A stretch of DNA of 64,000 nt. Origin: Anaeramoeba ignava BMAN. Lineage: Eukaryota; Protista; Anaeramoebae. The notes beneath the pieces were generated by a model, which saw only the letters and a program-made list of their open reading frames with translations, was not told where the DNA came from and searched no databases. The translations under genes were made by a program, and so were the position numbers. Shown in pieces: positions 1 to 13,500 of this stretch (position 1 is the stretch's first letter; each line of letters begins with the position of its first letter). The stretch covers positions 1 to 64,000 of the forward strand of contig JAPDFW010000078.1 of the NCBI GenBank assembly GCA_028826165.1, written 5' to 3'.

Positions 1-1506
1 ATGAAATTATTTATAAAATTTGAAAATTATAAAAAATCATAAAATTATTTATAAAAAATTAAAATTAATTATAAAATTATTTATAAAATTAAATTAATAT
101 TTATAAAATTAAATATAAAATTAAATATAAAATTATTTATAAAATTAAATATAAAATTAAATATAAAATTATTTATAAAATTATATATTAAATTATTTAT
201 AAAATTATATATAAAATTAAATATAAAAATTATTAATAAAATTATATATAAAATTATTTATAAATTAAATATAAAATTAAATATAAAATCAAATATAAAA
301 TTAAATATAAAATTATTTATAAAATTAAATATAAAATTATTTATAAAATTATTTATAAAATTATTTATAAAATTATTTATAAATTAAATATAAAATTAAT
401 TATAAAATTATTTATAAAATTATATATAAAATTAATTATAAAATTATTTATAAAATTATTTTATAAAATTATTTATAAAATTATTTATAAAATTAAATAT
501 AAAATTATTTATAAAATTATTTTATAAAATCAAATATAAAATTATTTATAAAATTATTTATAAAATTATTTATAAAATTAAATATAAAATTAAATATAAA
601 ATTATTAATAAAATTAATTATAAAATTAATTATAAATTATAAAATTATTTATAAAATTAATTATTAAATTATTTATAAAATTAAATATAAAATTATTTAT
701 AAAATTATTTATAAAATTATTTATAAAATTAATTATAAAATTAATTATAAAAATTATTTATAAAATTATTTATAAAATTATTTATAAAATTATTTATAAA
801 ATTATTAATAAAATTATATATAAAATTAAATATAAAATTATTAATAAAATTATATATAAAATTAAAAATATAAAATTATTAATAAAATTATTTATAAAAT
901 TAATTATAAAATTAAATATAAAATTATTTATAAAATTATTTATAAAAATTATTTATAAAATTAATTATAAAATTAATTATAAAATTAATTATAAAATTAA
1001 TTATAAAATTAATTATAAAATTAATTATAAAATTAATTATAAAATTAATTATAAAATTAATTATAAAATTAATTATAAAAATTAATTATTAAATTATTTA
1101 TAATATTATTTTATAAAATTAATTATAAAATTAATTATAAAATTATTTATAAAATTATTTATAATATTAATTATAATATTAATTATAAAATTAATTATAA
1201 ATTTAATTATAAATTTATTAATAAAATTATTAATAAAATTATTTATAAAATTATTTATAAAAATTATTTATAAATTAAATATAAAATTAAATATAAAATT
1301 ATTTATAAAATTATTAATAAAATTATTTATAAAATTAAATATAAAATTAAATATAAAATTAAATATAAAATTATTTATAAAATTATTAATAAAATTAATT
1401 ATAAAATTAAATATAAAATTAAATATAAAATTAATTATAAAATTATTTATAAAATTATTTATTAAATTATTTATTAAATTATTTATTAAATTATTTATAA
1501 AAAAAG
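1..1506 (+). repeat. Degenerate 12-bp tandem array (aaaattatttat / aaaattaaatat / aaaattaattat), probably the 3' part of a large intron
   Basis: About 1.5 kb almost free of G/C, ending in aaaaAG at 1505-1506 in frame with the following exon; the same unit family fills LeuRS introns 1-2. Confidence 0.85.
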
Positions 1507-2415
1507 CATACAATGGGAGAAACATCTGATTATCTTTTTCCAAATAACGAACCACCTTTTATTCGTCAGGATACAAAAAAATTAAGTTACTTAGAAAAAT
1601 GGGAAAAACTACAAAAAAAGAAAAGTTTATTAAAAGCAAAACAAGAACAGCAAAAACAAGAAGAACAAAAAAAAGAAGAAGAACAAAAAAAAGAAGAAAA
1701 ACAAAATGAGATTGAAACTGAAAAACAATCACAAGAAGAAAACAAAATAGATTTAAATTTTGACCAAAACAAGAATTTGAAAAAAATAAAGAAACAAAAA
1801 AAATCTCAAAAATTTGAAGAAACATTTTTTGAAACAGCTTATCATAAAAAAAAACAACTCTCAAAACAAAAAGAACTTTATGATTTCTTCTTTGTTTGTG
1901 AAGATGAAAATTTAGAAGAAGAAAATCAAAATCAAAATCAAATTCAAAATCAAAATCAAAATGAAATTCAAATTCAAAATCAAATTCAAAAAGAAATTCA
2001 AAATCAAAATCAAATTCAAAATCAAATTCAAATTCAAAATCAAAATGAAATTCAAATTCAAAAAGAAATTCAAAATCAAAATCAAATTCAAAATCAAAAT
2101 CAAATTCAAATTCAAAATCAAATTCAAAATGAAATTCAAAATCAAAATCAAAATCAAAATCAAATTCAAAATCAAATTCAAAATCAAAATCAAATTCAAA
2201 TTCAAAATCAAAATCAAAATCAAATGATAATTGAAGATGAAAAAGAAAAAGAAAAAGAGAATGAAAAAGAAAAAGAAAATTCTTTTTCATTATTTAATTT
2301 AAATCAACAAAAATCTTCTTTTCTAATTCAAAATTTAGAAGATATTTCACCACAAGCTCTTTTTGATAAATTTGATCAATTAGAACAAGAAATTTATCAA
2401 TTACTTAAAAAATAA
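1507..2415 (+). CDS. Terminal exon (or short gene) of an unknown protein with K/E/Q-rich coiled coil and (QN/QI)n tract
   Basis: Open frame 1507-2415 after an AG acceptor; codon style matches neighbouring genes; no family recognised. Confidence 0.55.
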   Translation, partial: HTMGETSDYLFPNNEPPFIRQDTKKLSYLEKWEKLQKKKSLLKAKQEQQKQEEQKKEEEQKKEEKQNEIETEKQSQEENKIDLNFDQNKNLKKIKKQKKSQKFEETFFETAYHKKKQLSKQKELYDFFFVCEDENLEEENQNQNQIQNQNQNEIQIQNQIQKEIQNQNQIQNQIQIQNQNEIQIQKEIQNQNQIQNQNQIQIQNQIQNEIQNQNQNQNQIQNQIQNQNQIQIQNQNQNQMIIEDEKEKEKENEKEKENSFSLFNLNQQKSSFLIQNLEDISPQALFDKFDQLEQEIYQLLKK

Positions 2416-2530
2416 AGAATTTTCAATTTCCTTTTATTAATTTTTTTAATTCCATTTTTTCTTTTTGTTTTTTAATTTTTTTTTTAATTTTTTTTTTTCA
2501 TTTTTTTACTTCTTTTTTATTCTATTATTA

Positions 2531-5500
2531 ATGTCAAATCCACTTGCAAAAAGAGCAAAATCAGTTAAATCAAAATTACAAAGTATTTTAACTCCAGATC
2601 AAGAACAAGCACAAATTTTAAAAGAAATAACAACAAAAGTAAACTGAAAATTAAGCTCATTTAACAAAAATTTCAATTATCCAATTTTATTTTTAAAAAT
2701 AAAAATAAATAAATGGAAAAATTTTTGTTTAAGGTTCAAAAAGAATTGCTTTTCTTTATGAGAAAGGATTTAGACGAACAAAAAACATGGATAGCTCTTG
2801 ATAAAGCATCTTCTATGATTGAAGAATTATCAACAACGGCTTTATCACCCAAAAATTATTATAATCTTTGTAATTAAAAAAAAATAATTTAATTTAAATA
2901 TTTTCTTTTTTTTTTTTTAAATAAAAATTATTAATAGATAATTTATTTATTTAAAAGATATGTTAATTTTTGATGAACTTCGTTATCTTGAGTTATATCT
3001 TCATGATGAAATTAAAAAGGGAACAAAAGCTATTGAAATTTATAAAAGAGTTCAATTTACAGGAAAAGTTCTTCCAAGATTATATTTACTTGTTACTTGT
3101 GGATCTGTTTTAATAAAAAGCAAAGAAGTTCCAGTCAAAGTTAAAATTAAAATTCATTTTGAAATTAAAATTCATTTTAAATTTAAAATTCATTTATAAA
3201 ATTCATTTATAAAATTCATTTTGAAATTAAAATTCATTTATAAAATTCATTTATAAAATTCATTTTGAAATTAAAATTCATTTATAAAATTAAAATTCAT
3301 TTTGAAATTAAAATTCATTTTGAAGTTAAAATTCATTTTGAAGTTAAAATTCATTTTGAAGTTAAAATTCATTTATAAAATTCATTTATAAAATTCATTT
3401 ATAAAATTAATTTATAAAATTCATTTATAAAATTCATTTATAAAATTCATTTATAAAATTCATTTATAAAATTAAAATTCATTTTGAAATTAAAATTCAT
3501 TTTGAAATTAAAATTCATTTTGAAATTAAAATTCATTTTGAAATTAAAATTCATTTATAAAATTCATTTTGAAATTAAAATTAAAAGGATGTTCTCCAAG
3601 ATTTAGTTGATATGTGTAGAGGAATTCAACATCCAACAAAAGGTCTCTTTCTTCGTTACTATTTAATTCAAATGACAAAAGATAAACTTCCCGATTTAAA
3701 TTCTGAATATTCAAAGTAAATATTTCATTCAAAAAAAAAATAATTGAAAAATTTTTTTATTGATAATAATATTATTGTTAAAATTCAAGTTCAAGAGATG
3801 GAAGTGTTAAAGATAGCATTGATTTTATTCTTTTCAATTTTGTTGAATCAAATAAATTATGGGTTCGAATTCAATATCAAACACCACCAGCTAATTTATC
3901 AGAAGAAAAGAAAAAACAGGCGAAAATGATGTATCAAAAAGAAAGAGCAGAAATAAGAACACTTATTGGAATCAATTTAGTCAGATTATCACAATTAGAA
4001 GGAGTTGATATCTCTCTTTATCATGGAGTTGTTCTTCCCAAGATTATTGAGCAAATTATTGAATGTCATGATACTCTTGCTCAACAATATCTTTTGGAAG
4101 TTATTTCTCAAGTTTTTTCAGATGAATTCCATTTGAAGACTTTAACTCTTTTGTTGGAACCAATTGCAAAACTTCAATCGGAAGTTAATATCAAAAATAT
4201 TTATAATGATTTAATTGATAGATTGATTAGATATTCTCAAGAAAATCCAAAAATGATTCCTAATGATGTTGATATTTTTAATGTTTTTTTCAATTCTTTT
4301 CAAAGTGTTGCTGATACTTGTTCTACAATTACAAGATATGAGTTATTAACAATTCTTCATTATATTTTGAAACTTTCTCTTTCTTTATATTTAGCAAAAC
4401 TTGATAATACAGAAAAAATATTAAATTCAGCAAAAGAATTAATTGAAGCCAGTGATAAGTACATTAATTTAAATTAAAAATAAAAAATATTTTAAAATTA
4501 ATTAATTCAATTCAAATTCAAATTCAAATTCAAATTCAATTCAATTCAAATTAAATTCAAATTCAAATTCAAATTAAATTCAATTCAAATTCAAATTAAA
4601 TTCAAATTCAAATTCAAATTAAATTCAAATTCAAATTAAATTAAATTCAAATTAAATTAAATTCAAATTCAAATTAAATTCAAATTAAATTCAATTTAAA
4701 TTCAAATTCAAATTCAAATTCAAATTCAAATTCAAATTCAAATTAAATTCAATTCAAATTAAATTCAAATTAAATTAAATTCAAATTAAATTCAATTCAA
4801 ATTCAAAAATTATTTAGAAATGATCCTAAAGAAATACAAGAATTTTATGATATTTTGAAAACAGCTTTGGAAAAATATAATAATGCAAATGTGATTTTGG
4901 AATTTGGATCATTTACTTCATCTATTAATTTACTTCCTTATGAACAAAGAAGAAAAATAGCACATGATTTTGTTGATAATGTTGTTAAAAATGCAACAAT
5001 AATTTCTGAACTTGATAAAGTATAATAACAACAAAAGAAAATAGATTCAAAAACAAATTTTTATTAATTTTATTATTTTTATTAATTATTTTTTAGGTTA
5101 AAAAATTTCTTGAAACAATTCAAGTTTTATTACAAGATTCAGAAGATGCACCACCTTATAGAAAAGACGATGATTATGAACAATCTATTTTTGAATCAGA
5201 ACAAGAATCTGTTTGTCGTGCTGCTCATTTACTTACATCACCTAATAATATCAATGAAAGCTTTCAAATTCTACAGGTTTATAAATTTAAATTCAAAAAT
5301 TAAATTTAAAATTAAATTCAAAATTAAATTTAAAATTAAATTCAAAATTAAATTTAAAATTAAATTCAATTAAATCCAAATTTAAAAATTATAAATTCAA
5401 AATCAAAAATTAAATTTAAATTCAAAAATTAAATTCAAAATTAAAAATTAAATTTAAAATTAAATTCAAAATTAAAATTAAAAATTAAATTTAAAATTAA

Positions 5501-7787
5501 ATTTAAAAATTAAATTCAAAATTAAAATTAAAAATTAAATTTAAAATTAAATTCAAAATTAAATTCAAAATTAAATTCAAAATTAAATTTAAAATTAAAT
5601 TTAAAATTAAATTCAAAATTAAAATTAAATTCAAATTCAAAAATTAAATTTAAATTCAAAAATCAAATTCAAAAATCAAATTCAATTTAAAAATTAAATT
5701 TAAATTCAAAAATTAAATTCAATTAAATTTAAATTCAAAATTAAATTCAAATTCAAAAATTAAATTTAAATTCAAAATTAAATTTAAATTTAAATCCAAA
5801 TTCAAAAATTAAATTTAAAATTAAATTCAAAAATTATAAATTCAAATTCAATTAAATTAAATTCAAAATTAAATTTAAAATTAAATTTAAAATTAAATTC
5901 AAATTCAAAAATTATAAATTCAAATTCAAAATTAAATTCAAATTCAAAAATTAAATTTAAATTTAAATCCAAATTCAAAAATTAAATTTAAATAATTTTA
6001 TTTTATAATTATTTAAGTTACTTGCTTCAAGTTTTGGAACTGGTGGAGAAAGAAGAGTCCAATTTACTGTTTATCCATTAATTTTTATTGCTTTAAAACT
6101 TGCATTTTCAATTCAATCACATCAAAAGAAAAAAATTGAAGTTCCTTTTACTGCAAAAAAAGTTTTCCAATTTGTTCATAAAATTTTAAGTTCTTTAAAA
6201 GCTATTTTACCTGAAATTACACTTCGTTTATTTCTTCAAGCAGCTCAAGCATCATCTAAATGTGGATTTGAAGCAATTACATATGAATTTATGACACAAG
6301 TAAAAATAATTTTAATTTTAATTTTAATTATAATTATAATTTGATATTTTAATTTTAATTTCAAAATGAATTTTAATTTCAAAATGAATTTTAATTATAA
6401 TTTGAATTTGAATTTTAATTTTAATTTGAATTTTAATTTTAATTTTAATTTCAAAATGAATTTTAATTATAATTTTTAATTTTAATTTCAAAATGAATTT
6501 TAATTTTAATTTTAATTTTAATTTTAATTTTAAATTTGATTTTAATTTCAAAATGAATTTTAATTTCAAAATGAATTTTAATTTTAATTTCAAAATGAAT
6601 TTTAATTTTAATTTTAATTTTATATTTTAATTTCAAAATGAATTTTAATTTCAAAATGAATTTTAATTTTAATTTTATATTTTAATTTCAAAATCAATTT
6701 TAATTTTAATTTTAATTTTAATTTGAATTTTAATTTCAAAATGAATTTTAATTATAATTTTAATTTGAATTTGAATTTTAATTTTAATTTGAATTTTAAT
6801 TTTAATTTTAATTTCAAAATGAATTTTAATTTCAAAATGAATTTTAATTATAATTTTTAATTTTAATTTTAATTTCAAAATGAATTTTAATTTTAATTTT
6901 AATTTTAATTTGAATTTGAATTTTAATTTTAATTTTAATTTTAATTTGAATTTATATTTTAATTTCAAAATGAATTTTAATTATAATTTTTAATTTTAAT
7001 TTGAATTTTAATTTTAATTATAATATTTATTTTTAAAATTAAAAAGGCTATCCTTGCTTATGAAGAATTCATCGTTGTAACAAATCAACAATATTATATC
7101 ATAAGTTTAATCATTTCAACACTTCAAACAATACGTTCATTTGGAGAAGATAATTTTAGTTCATTATCAAATCAATGTGGAGGATATTCATCAAAATTAA
7201 TGTTAAACACACATCAATCAAGAGCAGTTTATAAATGTGGATATTTATTTTGGGCAGATGATGTTATCATTGAAGAAAAAGTAAAAGAAACAAAAAAACC
7301 GAAAGAAAAAAAACCAAAAAAAGAAAAAAAAGAAAAAAAAGAATCAGATTCAAGTGATTCATCAGAATCAGAATCAGAATCAGAATCAGAATCAGATGAA
7401 GAAGTAGAAAAAACCGTTACTATCAAACCATATTTTCATGATAGCAAAAGATTATTTGGATGCGTTTCAAGAGCTATTCGTGTTGCTGGATCTTCAATGG
7501 AACCTGCTGCCATGTTCGAGTTACTTTTTGAAATTCTTAATGTTTGTTTGTATTTCTTTGATAAAGGTGCTCCTGAAATCAATGCAGATTATATCAACAG
7601 ATTATTGCAATTAATTTTCCAAAACAAGAAAGAAAATGACTTCAAATTCTCTCAATTGGTTTCTCATGATGTTTTAATGTTCTTTAAATCAACTATTCAA
7701 CATATTGATTATTGCAAGAAATCAGGTCCAAATCAAAAACAATATTCAGAGATTGATTGTTCTCAATTAGCAGCTAATTTGGATTAA
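2531..7787 (+). CDS. VPS35: Retromer cargo-recognition subunit VPS35, 9 exons
   Basis: Spliced translation gives [52 protein letters not shown]; all 8 introns are GT-AG with consistent phase. Confidence 0.95.
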
Positions 7788-8007
7788 TTCATCAATTCAT
7801 TATTTCTTTTAATTTTTAATTTTTAATTTTTAATTCCAAATTTTTCAAAATTAATTTCTATTTTTTTTAATTCCAAATTTTTCAATTAAAAATAAATAAT
7901 CGATGATCAAATTTTTGCTTTTTTTTTTTCCCAATTTTGATTTTTTAATTTCGATTATTTTTTTTTTTCATTTTTTTTTTTCAATTAAAAGAAAAAATTT
8001 TAAAGAA

Positions 8008-9132
8008 ATGGCTGTTAGATTTGTAAAAATCCAACATTATCGAAATGAATATTTACATGTTTCACAAGTTGAAGTTCTAACTTTTGATGGCAAAAATATT
8101 GCACTTGGAAAAAAAGCAACACAATCAAGTGTTTATTCACACTCAAAAAACCCAATTGCAGAAAGAGCAGTAGATGGGAATACAGAAACAGATTGGAATC
8201 GAGGAAACTTAACTCACACTAATCAAGAGAAATCATGGTTACTAATTGATTTGGGACAAAATTATCCTTTTCAATCAATTCACAGAATCAATGTGTATAA
8301 CAGAACTGATTGCTGCAATGAGCGACTTGAAGAAGCTGTGTTGTACTTACTGGATGATCATGAAAAAGAATTGTTCTCAAATGTTTTATGTGGAGCAATG
8401 ATTCCTCAAGCAATTTATGTGAATAAAATTGAGAATGTAAAAGTTCGCAAAGTGAAAATTGAACACATTCGAAGTGAATATTTACATGTTTCACAAGTTG
8501 AAGTTCTAACTTTTGATGGCAAAAATATTGCACTTGGAAAAAAAGCAACACAATCAAGTGTTTATTCACACTCAAAAAATCCAATTGCAGAAAGAGCAGT
8601 AGATGGGAATACAGAAACAGATTGGAATCGAGGAAACTTAACTCACACTAATCAAGAGAAATCATGGTTACTAATTGATTTGGAACAAGAATATCTCTTC
8701 AAAGACATCAACAAAATAATCACTTATAACAGAAGTGACGGCTGCAATGAAAGGCTTAGCGGAGCAATTCTTCAAATTATTTCTTCTGATAATTTTGTTA
8801 TTTGGCATTCCACCTTTAATTCAAGACCATTCGCACAAGTTAAGGTTGTTAATGATAAACTTTTCAAATTAAAATTATCTTCTTCAGTGTCTAATTCTGC
8901 TCTTGGTGATACAAGTTCTCCTTCTCAAGTAGATCCTTTCCAAGCTTTTCAAAACGCTCAATATCGTCAATTCCAAGAGTTTCTTCAACTTCAGTTCCAA
9001 CAATTCCGTGAGCTTAATGGCCAAAATCAAGGTCTTGATCAAAATCTTCAATTCCAGAATCCTCAATTTCAATTACCAAGTCAATATGGAAATTATTCTA
9101 ATCAAGAAAATATTGATCCCTATTTTCGATAA
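8008..9132 (+). CDS. Tandem two-domain F-type lectin (fucolectin/FTP domain) with Q-rich tail, intronless, no signal peptide
   Basis: Twice NIALGKKATQSS..AERAVDGN..THT..W..IDL..NRxDxCNERL, the fucose-binding H..RxD..R motif; ATG at 8008 follows an A-rich context; the ORF-track extension to 7903 is T-rich UTR-like sequence. Confidence 0.85.
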   Translation: MAVRFVKIQHYRNEYLHVSQVEVLTFDGKNIALGKKATQSSVYSHSKNPIAERAVDGNTETDWNRGNLTHTNQEKSWLLIDLGQNYPFQSIHRINVYNRTDCCNERLEEAVLYLLDDHEKELFSNVLCGAMIPQAIYVNKIENVKVRKVKIEHIRSEYLHVSQVEVLTFDGKNIALGKKATQSSVYSHSKNPIAERAVDGNTETDWNRGNLTHTNQEKSWLLIDLEQEYLFKDINKIITYNRSDGCNERLSGAILQIISSDNFVIWHSTFNSRPFAQVKVVNDKLFKLKLSSSVSNSALGDTSSPSQVDPFQAFQNAQYRQFQEFLQLQFQQFRELNGQNQGLDQNLQFQNPQFQLPSQYGNYSNQENIDPYFR

Positions 9133-9159
9133 AAATTAAAAAGACTCAAAAAAAGAAAC

Positions 9160-10430
9160 AACATTCAAATTTAATTCAAAATTCAAATTTAATTCAAATT
9201 TAATTCAAATTTAATTCCAAATTCAATTCAAATTCAATTCAAATAATTCAAATTCAAATTTAATTCAAAATTTAATTCAAAATTCAAACTTAATTCAAAT
9301 TTAATTTCAAATTCAATTCTAATTCAAATTTCAATTTCAAATTCAATCCAAATTTAATTCCAAAATTTAATTCAAATTTAATTCAAATTCTAATTTTAAT
9401 TCAAATTCAAAATTTAATTCAAATTCAAAATTTAATTCAAAATTCAATTCAAATTTAATTCAAATTTAATCCAAATTTAATTCAAATTCAAATTTAAATT
9501 CAATTCAAAATTTAATTCAAATTTAATTCAAAATCAAATTCAAAATTCAAATTTAATTCAAATTTTAATTCAAATTTAATTCAAATTCAATTCAATTTAA
9601 TTCAAATTCAAAATTTAATTCAAAATTCAATCAAATTTAATTCAAATTTAATTCAATTCAAATCAAATTCAAATCAAATTCAAATCCAAATTTAATTTAA
9701 ATTTAATTCAAATTTAATTCCAAATTCAATTCAAATTCAATTAAAATTCAATTTCAATTTCAATTTTAAAATTCAAAATTTAATTCAAATTCAATTCAAA
9801 ATTTAATTCAAATTTTAATCCAAATTCAATTCAAATTCAAATTCTAATTCAAATTCAAATTTAATTTCAATTCAAATTTAATTCTAATTCAATTCAAATT
9901 TAATTCAAATTCAAATTCAAAATTTAATTTCAAAATCAAATTTAATTCAATTCAATTCAAATTTAATTTAATTCAATTCAAATTTAATTCAAATTCAAAT
10001 TTTAATTCCAAATTCAAAATTCAATTTAATTCAAATTTAATTCAAATTCAAATTTAATTCAAATTCAAATTTAATTCAAATTCAATTCAAATTCAAATTT
10101 AATTCAAATTCAAATTTAATTTAATTCAAATCAAATTTCAAATTCAAATTCAAATCAAATTCAAATTCAATTCAATTTCAAATTTAATTCAAATTTAATT
10201 CAATTTCAATTCAAATTTAATTCTAAATTCAATTCAAATTTAATTCAAATTTAATTCAAATTTCAATTCAAATTTTAATTCAAATTCAAATTCAAATTTC
10301 AAATTCCAAAATTTAATTCAAAATTTAATCCAAAATTTAATTCAAATTTAATTCAAATTCAAATTTAATTTAATTCAAATTCAAAATTTAATTTAATTCA
10401 AATTTAATTCAAATTTAATTCAAATTTTTT
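9160..10430. repeat. Intergenic degenerate microsatellite (aaattc/aattt units) between convergent genes
   Basis: About 1.27 kb of aattcaaattt variants with essentially no G on the + strand. Confidence 0.85.
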
Positions 10431-10582
10431 TGATTTTGATTTCGAATTAAAAAGAAAAACATTCAATTTTAATTTTGATTTTGATCTAAAAAAAAAAGAA
10501 AATTTGATTTTTATTGAAATTTTTAAAAGAAAAAAATGGAAAATGAAAAATGGAAAATGGAAAATGATTTTAATTTGTGGAA

Positions 10583-13500
10583 TTAATCATAAAATCTAAT
10601 TGAAGGTTGTCCAACTTGAGAACTTTGAGCAATTCTCAAAAATTGAGATTCTTTCTCTTCATCAACATATTTAATTATAATTTCTTCAAGACTTAAACCA
10701 GATTTCAAAATTTCCATGCAAGTTTCAATCATTGTTTTTTCATCATAAGGCAACTAAAAATATTAAAATATTAAAATTAAAATATTAAAATTAAAATATT
10801 AAAATATTAAATTTAAATAAAATTTAAATTCAAAAATTTTTATTACCTTCTCATTCAATAATCTTCCTTTTGTTCGAATTCCTTCATCTTTCATATAATT
10901 AACAAAAGGCATAACTTTAGTAAAATCTTTTTTCAATTCAGGATTTTCACGTAAAGTTTTTGAAATTTGTTTTTCATCAAGTTTAAATTGATTTTCACTT
11001 CTATCATAAATTGAACGCAAAAATTCCAAACTTTTTGATTGCCAAGGAGTTCGCACTTTTTGCAAATACAAAATGCATTTTTTAGGAGGAGAAATAGGAG
11101 TGTTTTTTTGTTGTTGTTGTTTTTTTCCTTTATGTTTTGGATTGAAATAATTTTTCAAAGATTTTTTTCCATTGTCAATTGTTTTCATAATATATTCATA
11201 ACCAGAAACAACAGAATAATCAACTTCAACAGTTGGCCACAAAATATCAAATATTGAATCCTTTTTGCCCAACATTTTCCAGCAATGTTCACAGAAATGT
11301 GGTGTTATTGGGGTTAATGTGATGATTTGAGATTCAATGAATTCTTTGACCAATGCTTTATGCATATTTAAATCAGATCCTACATTAAGTCTATATGAAT
11401 CTCTAAATGATTGCAATTCATGAAATCCAATTTTGATAACATCTCGGAATTGCATTCTTTAAATATTAATACAAATAATAAAATATAAATATAAATATTA
11501 AATATAAATATTAAAATTAAATATTAATATAAAATAAATGAATATAAATATAAATATTAAATATAAATATAAAATATAAAATATCCTCTTTCTACCTTTC
11601 ATAACTCTCTTTCGTAGAATTCAATGTTTCATGAATTTGATTTTGGAAAACTTTATCAAAATAACTTTCAATAGGACCATCTCTAAGTTGATCAATTTGA
11701 GCCAACATTTTCTAAATAAATTTTAAATAAATAAATTTTTAAATAAATTTATAAATAAATTTTTAAATAAATTTATAAATAAATTTTTAAATAAATTTTT
11801 AAATAAATTTTTAAATAAATTTTTAAATAAATTTTTAAATAAATTTTCTAAATAAATTTTTAAATAAATTTATAAATAAATTTGTAAATAAATTTTTAAA
11901 TAAATTTTTAAATAAATTTTTAAATAAATTTTTAAATAAATTTTTAAATAAATTTATAAATAAATTTTTAAATAAATTTTTAAATAAATTTTTAAATAAA
12001 TTGTTAAATAAATTTTTAAATAAATTTTTAAATAAATTTTTAAATAAATTTTTGAATAAATTCTTAAATAAATTTTAAATAAATTTTTAAATAAATTTAT
12101 AAATAAATTTCTAAATAAATTTATAAATAAATTTTTAAATAAATTTTAAATAAATTTATAAATAAATTTCTAAATAAATTTCTTAAATAAATTTATAAAT
12201 AAATTCTTAAATAAATTTCTAAATAAATTTGTAAATAAATTTCTAAATAATTTTGTTTTTTGTTTTTGTTGAAAAAAAAACAAACCTCAAACCAATCCAA
12301 TTGTCTTGTCAATTTGAGAATAGCAGAATCAGCTGTTTTTTCAACAAAATTAGCATCTTCAGTAGTATCACCAGAATCAGCCAAAGCAAATCTCATTGCA
12401 TCAGCAGAATATTTATTAATAGCTTGAGATAAAGTGATAAAATTTCCAGTTCGTTTTGACATTTTTTCAGAATTCAACAATAAATGACCGTTTGAACGAA
12501 CTGATCTTGGACATTTATCTTCAGGAAAAATAGCGACATGATTATACAACCAAAAAGTAAGATGATTCTGAACTAAATCTTTTCCAGAAACTCTCAAATC
12601 GACTGGATACCAATAATTGAATTCCTTTTTCATCAAATCCAATTTTTCTTTTTCAATTCCACAATCTTGTGGATATTCTTTATCCAACAAAACATAATCC
12701 CAAACTTTTCTAGTTAATTGTTCAGGTTTGATTTGGAGTGGTCCAATTTCAGATCCATCCAAATTGCCTTGTAAAAGATGTGCAAATGTATAATATGCCA
12801 TGTATATTGTTGAATCAGAAAGTGATTCAATCAACCATTTTGTATCCCAAGGTATTTTTGTTCCTAATCCAAATGTTCGTGAACAAGCCCATTGTTTCAA
12901 CCATCCCAATGTGTGAATAAATGCATTACGTGTTTCTGGATGATAAGTGTTAACTTTTTCCAAGTATTGAGTTGTTTGATTTTTCCAATTTTCTTCACCT
13001 ACAATTAAAATATTTAAAAATAATATTCAAATAAAATATTTAAAAATAATCAAATAAAATATTAAATTAAAATATTAAATTAAAATATTAAATTAAAATA
13101 TTTAATATTTATTTACCATAATCAATAAACCATTGATCAGTATAACAAACTACACATTCATCTCCACTTCTAGAAATTACTTTATTCTCAGGTTCGCTAT
13201 ATGACAAAGCTTGATTTGTTGAGAACATATATTCCTTGATAATATTCTTAACTTCCTGAACAGGTTTACCTGCATATTCACCAATAATCATTTTTCCGTT
13301 ATAAAATCCATTCAAATAAACCATTTCTTTAGCTTTTGCCAATTTATCTGCTTGGAATTGATTTTTGATTTTCATATCATCACAAACCTTCTTTGCAGCA
13401 ACAGTTCCAAATCCAGGTATTTCGATGATTGGTATAATTTCAAATGGAAGAACCATTTCATCAGAAAGATGATATTCATCTCTCATTTTTTGGTTTTCTT

